From assembly GCF_009914755.1 (NCBI RefSeq), contig NC_060940.1: 64,000 bases of DNA. One strand, given 5' to 3'. Source of the DNA: the human T2T-CHM13v2.0 reference genome, Homo sapiens. The first letter of the stretch is position 1; every line of letters starts with the position of its first letter. Below the pieces are notes generated by a model. That model saw only the letters and a program-made list of their open reading frames with translations. It was not told where the DNA came from and did not search any database. Below are positions 51,412 to 64,000 of the stretch, piece after piece. The position numbers were made by a program, and so were the translations under genes.

Positions 51412-51608
51412 CTGCAGGGTTAGGGAATGAAACAGAGAGAGTGAGAGTGAGAGCACCTGGCTGCGCCACATGGCCCCACCAGCAATGAACCTCATTGAGA
51501 AAATTCAATCAGCCAATTCCCATGTGACAACACTTGCAGACCTACTCCACTGCAAGAAGCTCCAGGGAATGCTAGCTATTGATTCTTATGATAAACAGGC
51601 CTCTCTAG

Positions 51609-52006
<398 letters not shown>

Positions 52007-52232
52007 TAATTTTTGTATTTTTAGTAGAAACGGGGTTTTACCATCTTGGCCAGGCTGGTCTGGAACTCCTGACTTCAGGTGATCCACGCCCCCCTTGGCC
52101 TCCCAAAGTGCTGGGAATACAGGCATGACCCACTGCACCCAGTCAGGAATCAGTTTTGAAGATGAAAAACAAAAGGCATTCAATAAATATGCAAAGTTTC
52201 CTAATCTATTACTTTGGTTCCCAAATACTTAC

Positions 52233-52366
52233 TGTTATCTCAAACTCTGTGAAAGAGGACATGTCAATGACACACACAGCTTCCTTACAGCACTTGACTT
52301 CAGACTCCACGATGTCAAACCAATCTGGCTTATAGAAAGTCTTGCTCTGCTCCAATGCCAGGAGGT
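52233..52366 (-). pseudogene. PDPR-like exon (134 nt)
   Basis: LLALEQSKTFYKPDWFDIVESEVKCCKEAVCVIDMSSFTEFEIT; gtag| ... |gtaagt. Confidence 0.95.
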
Positions 52367-52526
52367 CTACGGAATGGAAAAATCACAAGGCCCTGTAGAG
52401 TTTAGTGTAGTCCACGTGGTTCTTTTTCTTCTGTGAACACATTCTAGCCTATGCATTTGAAAATACGTTTTATTAATTCCCAGGACAAAAAAAAAAAGGA
52501 GCAAAAATGAGAATGTGACTTCTTAC

Positions 52527-52682
52527 CCTTGTCAGGGGGAACAAAGTACTTTGGCCTCTCAAATCCATGTTTCTCCATCCACCTGGCTCCCTGTGCATCC
52601 AGCCGGTCGTAGAGAGGAGAGGTGCGTAACTGCCTACCGGTCTGGAAGTCCCAGTGGGGAACCTTCAGATCATACATCAAAG
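52527..52682 (-). pseudogene. PDPR-like exon (156 nt)
   Basis: LMYDLKVPHWDFQTGRQLRTSPLYDRLDAQGARWMEKHGFERPKYFVPPDK; ctag| ... G|gtaaga. Confidence 0.95.
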
Positions 52683-52754
52683 CTAGAAAAGACACGAGTA
52701 GTCTATCAAAGCCCAAGACACAGATTCTAGACCTGAGTAGCCAATATCCACTAG

Positions 52755-53124
<370 letters not shown>

Positions 53125-53632
53125 TAATTTTCAAAATTACCCAGTGTATCAGGCATGCTCCAGAAGGAAAGACAATCCTGCCAAGCTGCTATCGTCCCTC
53201 CCTGGAGCTACGTGTCACGGCATGACTCGGCCTGTATTCACATTCAGCATTCCACATTAGTAGGTAGAAATGATGGCAGAAAGGTCAGGGTCCTAAACCT
53301 TACTAAGCTTCATAGCAGAGAACAAGGTTACTAAGTGGGACACAGGTGGTAACAAAATGTGAAAAAATGGCATTCGATTCTTCATTGTGCCTGTGTTAGG
53401 ATCTCAGACCTGTTACAGACATTTCCTCCCTGATAATTAACTCACTTCTGAAGTGAAAGGGTACATATTGTAGCTTGATTAGGTGGCTCTGAAATCTGAG
53501 AAGTTACATTGTATTGTACCAATGACATTATTCACACAACAAAGCTAGGGTCAGAATTCATTTCTCTTAGGCTGGGTGTGGTGGCTCACGTCTGTAAACC
53601 CAGCACTTTGAGAGGTCAAGGTGGGCGGATCA

Positions 53633-54286
<654 letters not shown>

Positions 54287-55917
54287 TAGTAGAGACAGGG
54301 TTTCGCCATGTTGGTCAGGCCAGACCTCCTGACCTCAAGTGATCCGCCTGCCTCAGCCTCCCAACATGCTGGGATTACAGGCTTGAGCCACTGCGCCTGG
54401 CGCCTTCCCCATTTTCTATGTGCCTGCCACTTCTATTTCATGAGAATTGGCTACCAAAAGTGTCATATCACCAAGCAGAAGCTCAAGCTCAATTATGATT
54501 TGTACAGGTTCCAAAGTAACTATGGGTGGGGAAATTTAGGCTTATAATAGTTCAACTTTAAAACAAAAAACTTTGATTTTTTTATTTTATTTTTTTGAGA
54601 CAGGGTCTCAGTCCCACTGCCCAGGCTGGAGTACACAGTGGCACCATCATGGCTCACTGCAGCCTCAACTTCCCCAGCTCAGGTGATTCGCCTACCTCAG
54701 CCTCCCAAGTAGCTGGGACTTCAGGTGTGTGCCACTAAGGCATGGCTAATTTTTTGGTTTTGGTTTTAGTAGAGACAGGGTTTCGCTACGTTGCCTAGGC
54801 TGGTCTCAAACTCCTGACCTCAAGTGACCTACCTCCCTCAGCGTCCCAAAGTGCTGGGATTACAGACATGAGCCAGCACACCCAGCCAAGTTCAACATTT
54901 TAACCAAAATATTTGCTAAAATTAAAGAACCTTAGCAGTTAAACATATTGCTGTTAGGTCCTTCATCTCCATGGATGTACATCCTCTTCCCAGGCCAAAA
55001 GTGAGCACTCAGGCATTAAAGGCCATCCAGAGTCCTCACCAACAATGTTGTTCAACTACCAAACTAACAGTTTACTTGTAACCAAGAATGGTGGTCAGAG
55101 CCAACACAGAAACTTAGTCCTGAGCATAAGTATGCCCAAAATATTTAGATACCATTTGGCAAAGTCTGAGAACAGCTCCTCAGTACAGGAAAATGAAATT
55201 ACAACTTGAACCCACGTGGTTTGGTTCAATTCCTGATACAAAAGCTTTCTAAGGGCTTCCTAGAAAATAAATCAGAGATCAAGGTAGAATAACAAATTAA
55301 GATGAAGTGGCCAGTCCTTCAAAGTTGAAGCAGGGCGAGAACACGGGAGTGAGAGCAGGAATGTATGTTTTGTATTTATATGGGAAGTGGCTCCCAATCT
55401 TGCTGCTGTAGGGTGGATTAATGGTGAAAGTCACTCACGGAAGCCTGAAGCTCTGAGAATAACTTGGCAAATTCTCTGACTTGGAAAGAAAAAACTAAGT
55501 GGGGAGTGAGAAAGCATTTTCTCAAAAACTAAGTGGGAGTGAGAAAGCATTCACTTCGACACAGGGTCTCTCAAGGCAGACTGCAGAAAGCACGCACTTC
55601 GACATACGGTCTCTCAAGGCAGACCGGGAAGAAGGCATTGCTTAGAATATTTATGAAGCTGCTATGTACCAACTGTAACTCCTATTCTACTTTCTTGTTC
55701 CCAGAAGGAAAAAAGGTCCGATGCACTAAAGAAAATGTTACATATATATCATGAGGAGCATAAAGCCCCTTAACTCAGGCCTGAAACAGTCAAATCAAAT
55801 GTCCAACTCAAAGCACTTGTTAAAGAACTGAGGAAAACTTTGCTCCTTCTGAATGACAACACGGGCCACCGAGAAGATACCTGCAACTAGGAGCAACTGC
55901 GATAAAGCTTCACTTAC

Positions 55918-56042
55918 GCATGACTTCCATGACCCGGTGGCGCAGAAAGGTGCGGCTGCTCTGGAGGGCTCCAAAACGTTTCAGGTCCAATTCCCAAACG
56001 TTTTCTGAGGGATAACCATGTACCATCCATTCGGCAAGGTAC
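55918..56042 (-). pseudogene. PDPR-like exon (125 nt)
   Basis: YLAEWMVHGYPSENVWELDLKRFGALQSSRTFLRHRVMEVM; atag|G ... C|gtaagt. Confidence 0.95.
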
Positions 56043-56546
56043 CTATATAGACAGAGGGCACTTGTTGGGGCTCAGGTGTGAGATTTGAGAAAATTAATAT
56101 TCTACAAATCGAGAACTAACAGAATCAAAAGATCCTAAATTGCCATAGACCAGCTGAATAGTTTTGGGCACTTTCCTTAACTTTTCTGGAAGCAACGAAC
56201 ATGGGTCTGTGTACTGCTCTCAAAAGACTACTATGAGGATTTTACCCCAGATGATAAGATTCCCTAGGAGGCATTTAACATAGAAGCCAGCCAGACACAT
56301 TGGCTGATGCCTGTAATCCCAGAACTTTGGGAGGCTGAGGCAGGGGATTGCTTGAAGTCAGGAGTTTGAGACCAGCCTGGACAACAAAGTAAGACCCCGT
56401 CTCTACCAAAAAAAGAAAAGTTTCAAAGTGAGCCAGGTGGCTCACACCTGTAATCCCAGCACTTTGGGAGGCTGAGGCATACGGATCACCTGAGGTCAGG
56501 AGTTCGAAACAAGCCTGACCAATGTGGAGAAACCCTGTCTCTATTA

Positions 56547-56744
<198 letters not shown>

Positions 56745-56747
56745 TTA

Positions 56748-56941
<194 letters not shown>

Positions 56942-57279
56942 TTAGTTCTAACTCTTCTGGAGTCTGATGCGGGATGATCCCTTGAGCCCAGGAACTTGCG
57001 GCTGCAGTGAGCTATGATGGTGCCACTGCACTCCAGCCTGGGTGAGAGTAAGATCTTGTTTCAAAAAAAGTTATAAGCCTCATCTATGAAGAAATAAGAC
57101 TAAAACACATATAAATATACTCTAAATATCCAATGGGTTTTTTTCTCTCACCTCAAGATTATACAGTTATGTGACCCCATCTCCTTTGCTCCAAACATTT
57201 TTGTAACTCCTCTTCTGTAATTGTTTTTAGAGCCATTCTACAAATCACTCAAGAGAACTGGTCTCATAAATTTAAAATA

Positions 57280-57818
<539 letters not shown>

Positions 57819-57897
57819 TGATCCGCCCACCTAGGCCTCCCAAAGTGCTGGGATTACAAGCGTGAGCCACCGCGCCCGGCCTAGTGTCTAATTTTTA

Positions 57898-58215
<318 letters not shown>

Positions 58216-58566
58216 CTAGTTCAAATACCTACCTCAATCAACACACTTGGCTACCAAACTCAAATACACACTCAAATGACCAATATTTGTTACAATTGAA
58301 AAAATATAAAAGAATATCCCACAGGATCTGTGGCTAACTCCAAAAGATGAGTTGCAAAAACATTTTGCCTGATGACATTTCTGGAACATGGGGAGCCTCT
58401 CATACTTAGAAGGGGACAACTCCAAAATTACATGTATCTTCTTATTAGTCTTAACATACTAGATTAAATATACCACACGCCATGTTAATAACAAGTAATT
58501 CTAGAAGGGAAGAGACCCAGCAAGTTGACTTATGTTCACAGCTGACTTTGAGTGAGAAAGACTTAC

Positions 58567-58759
58567 TTTCCGGCTCCTCCACCAAATGAAAGGCCAGCAG
58601 AGTTCATTCCTGCCAGGACAAAGTAGCCCTACACTGCAGGAGACTCGCCCATGATGCACCTCATGTCTGATGCGAAGGTCTCTGGGCAGTTCACCAACTT
58701 CATGATCTCCAGAGTCTCTAATTCTGGCATCCTCCTCAGAAGGGAACTCAACAGAGGCT
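58567..58759 (-). pseudogene. PDPR-like exon (193 nt) with nonsense codon
   Basis: PLLSSLLRRMPELETLEIMKLVNCPETFASDMRCIMGESPAV*GYFVLAGMNSAGLSFGGGAG; TAG at 58631-58629; AA|gtaagt. Confidence 0.93.
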
Positions 58760-59414
58760 CTGAGCAATGACAACAAAACCAAATAGAGTTCTCACCTTTA
58801 AGGAATTAAACCACTTTCAACCCCTCTACTTTTTTACACTCTCCCCTTTCAGAAAACCTCTTGAATTTTTTTTTTTTTTTTTTGAGATGGAGTCTCACTC
58901 TGTTGCCCCGGCTGGAGTGCGGTGGCACGATCTCAACTCTCTGCAAACTCTGCCTCCCAGGTTCAAGCGATCCTCTCGCCTCAGCCTGCCAATTAGCTCA
59001 GATTACAGGCGTGCACCACCACGCCAGCTAATTTTTTGTATTTTTAGTAGAGATGGGGTTTCACCATGATGGCCACACTAGTTTCGAACTCTTGACCTCA
59101 AGTGATCTGCCTGCCTTGGCCTCCCAAAGTGCTAGGATTATAGGTGTGAACCACTGCGCCCGGCTGGAAGAGATTTTTTTAAAGACAAGCCAACTGGGCC
59201 ATTTATTACAAAGCAGAAACCTTGGTAGAATTACAGGATATAGCTGCAAAATACTTGGTATAAAGACTGAGGAAAAAAGATATTGGTTAGAAAGGAAAGC
59301 AGCAGAGAACAGCAAGTAAAACGTATCTACAGATAATAATCTTGAAGGGACCAGTGTGAGTGGACAAGCTCTTAAATGGCGGCCACAGAGATTTTAATAA
59401 AAGGTGATGTTCTG

Positions 59415-62410
<2,996 letters not shown>

Positions 62411-62654
62411 AGTAAAACTAAGAATAAAATTAAAAAAGAATAAGGCAAATGTCCATTAACTAAGATTTTAGTCCCCTGAATCTGCTACCTAGTAACTCCA
62501 TCCTCAGACCAGGCAAACTCACCCTCTGTAACCACTGTTGTACCTCATGGCGATGTTATAAACATTAAACAAGGAACTATTCTTCAAAAGACTTTGAAAA
62601 ATATAACATCTTAAACAAATATAAGGCACTACTGTTATAATGCAGTTCACATAC

Positions 62655-62803
62655 CAAAGTGATCCCAGTCCCCTGTAGATTCTGAATCTCCAGCTGGTTC
62701 TTGCCCTCAGTGAAAATTGGTTTTGGGTTCTTCTCAAAGCCCCCAGACAGGATGCCACCCTGCCAGTTCCGAATATAAATTCTTCCATCAGCATCCACAA
62801 TAG
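62655..62803 (-). pseudogene. PDPR-like exon (149 nt) with 1-nt deletion frameshift
   Basis: IVDADGRIYIRNWQGGILSGGFEKNPKPIFTEGKNQLEIQNLQ then CAG GG GAC TGG GAT CAC TTT (DWDHF resumes in a shifted frame); G|gtatgt. Confidence 0.93.
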
Positions 62804-63529
62804 CTGAGGTGGAGAAATGACATGGAGTGGGGAGTGGAAGAAAAAACAAGGGTTTAGAGGCAAGTCAGCTTTCTAAATGGACAGAACAACCAAACAAAAA
62901 CACCCATTAATGGCTTTATTAATGAAAGAACATTCAATGAACGCAGGCATTCATTAGCTTTAAAATACCTTTTGAGGTCACGGGGGAAGATCCTCCCATT
63001 TAGCCTTTCAGTGGAGACTGTTTCTCTGATTATCCCTTACCTAGAAGCTTTGACTAGTCCCCACCACGTAACTCCCACTGTGCCAAGCGAAAGTTTAACG
63101 GAAAGGGGGATTGCAGAGCCCATTCTAGGCATGAAGACCGTCAAAAGGATGTGAGAACCCTCTCCTATAGTGCTTGGAACCACGAACCCACCTAAGTCTA
63201 TCGTTTACCTATGACATTTCTACTATCCATAGTATTCAAGTTAAAAAGTCAACAAGACAGTCCAAATATTCTCAATGACCTCTGTTTAAGACTAAAATTA
63301 GCTTGCAAAACAAAAAACAAAAACAAAAAAATGTATTAATGGAAATTTTGGCCATCCTTTCATAAAGAGTTAATAAAGAAAAGTCAGAATTGGGTCCACC
63401 TCCCTGTAACATGCTCTAGAAATGAAAGACTCTTTCAGACACAGTCTGTCCTTAGCAGAAAGTTTTCCTTTTCAGAGGACAGGACACTGGCAAAGAAACA
63501 AGATTTTTTAAAAAAGTGCAAGTCCTCAC

Positions 63530-63647
63530 TTGGTGTGCTGCTCTGCAGAGGGGTCTCCAAGGGGCGAGTCAGGAGGTAGAAGTGTTCGCAGGCATGTAGC
63601 GGGATACTAACCGGCTCCTCGTTGGACAGACCCAGCTCGTATGCCCA
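63530..63647 (-). pseudogene. PDPR-like exon (118 nt)
   Basis: tgtag|TGG; WAYELGLSNEEPVSIPLHACEHFYLLTRPLETPLQSSTP; A|gtgag. Confidence 0.95.
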
Positions 63648-64000
63648 CTACAAATGGACAGGTTGATTTGTGGGTGGGAAGGGGAACAGAAATAAAAATG
63701 AGCAAGTTCAGCCTCTTGAGATTAATTCCAAGTGGCTTATGTGTGCTCTTGCTACAGTGTCAGGTGTGGGAAGTCAGCCTGCTTTAGTTCAATTATTTGG
63801 ATGGGGAGCAATACTACATTTTTTAAGACATAAAAATTACTTTGAGATCAAAGGAAGAGATATTTACCAGCTAGTCAAAGGAGCTCATGGGAACCAAAGG
63901 AGGTCCTTTTGATAAAACGCCTGGGCTCAGCTACAAACCCCAAATAGCAATCACTAAATGAACTTCACGTGGCAAAAGTATTTCTTAGTTCACTTCGGGA

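Overview
Primate (almost certainly human) Alu-dense euchromatin. The gene content matches my recollection of chr16q23.1, which I did not verify. (1) The complete 7-exon PSMD7 gene (26S proteasome lid subunit Rpn8, 324 aa) lies on + at 10699-19517, with a CpG-island promoter, all GT-AG introns, and a perfect ARE 40 nt into intron 1. (2) An old RPL21 processed pseudogene (-) at about 26176-27205 is interrupted by two Alus. (3) Ten PDPR-like exons on - (63647 down to 46355) belong to an unprocessed, 3'-truncated duplicate (PDPR2P/LOC283922-like) with a 1-nt frameshift and a TAG stop. The rest is Alu, MIR, L1, L2, MaLR/THE1, MER41 and DNA-transposon relics. The least explained structure is an approximately 640-bp higher-order tandem array in PSMD7 intron 1, where each 103-138-nt unit holds a GC-rich hairpin. 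Other notable items: a convergent CTCF pair bracketing a MER41 LTR with one GAS site, an open 336-codon spliced ORF downstream of the pseudogene's lesions, and several unusual retrotransposition or template-switch scars. Most ORFs in the supplied track are Alu-derived noise. Repeat subfamily calls are by eye and boundaries are approximate.
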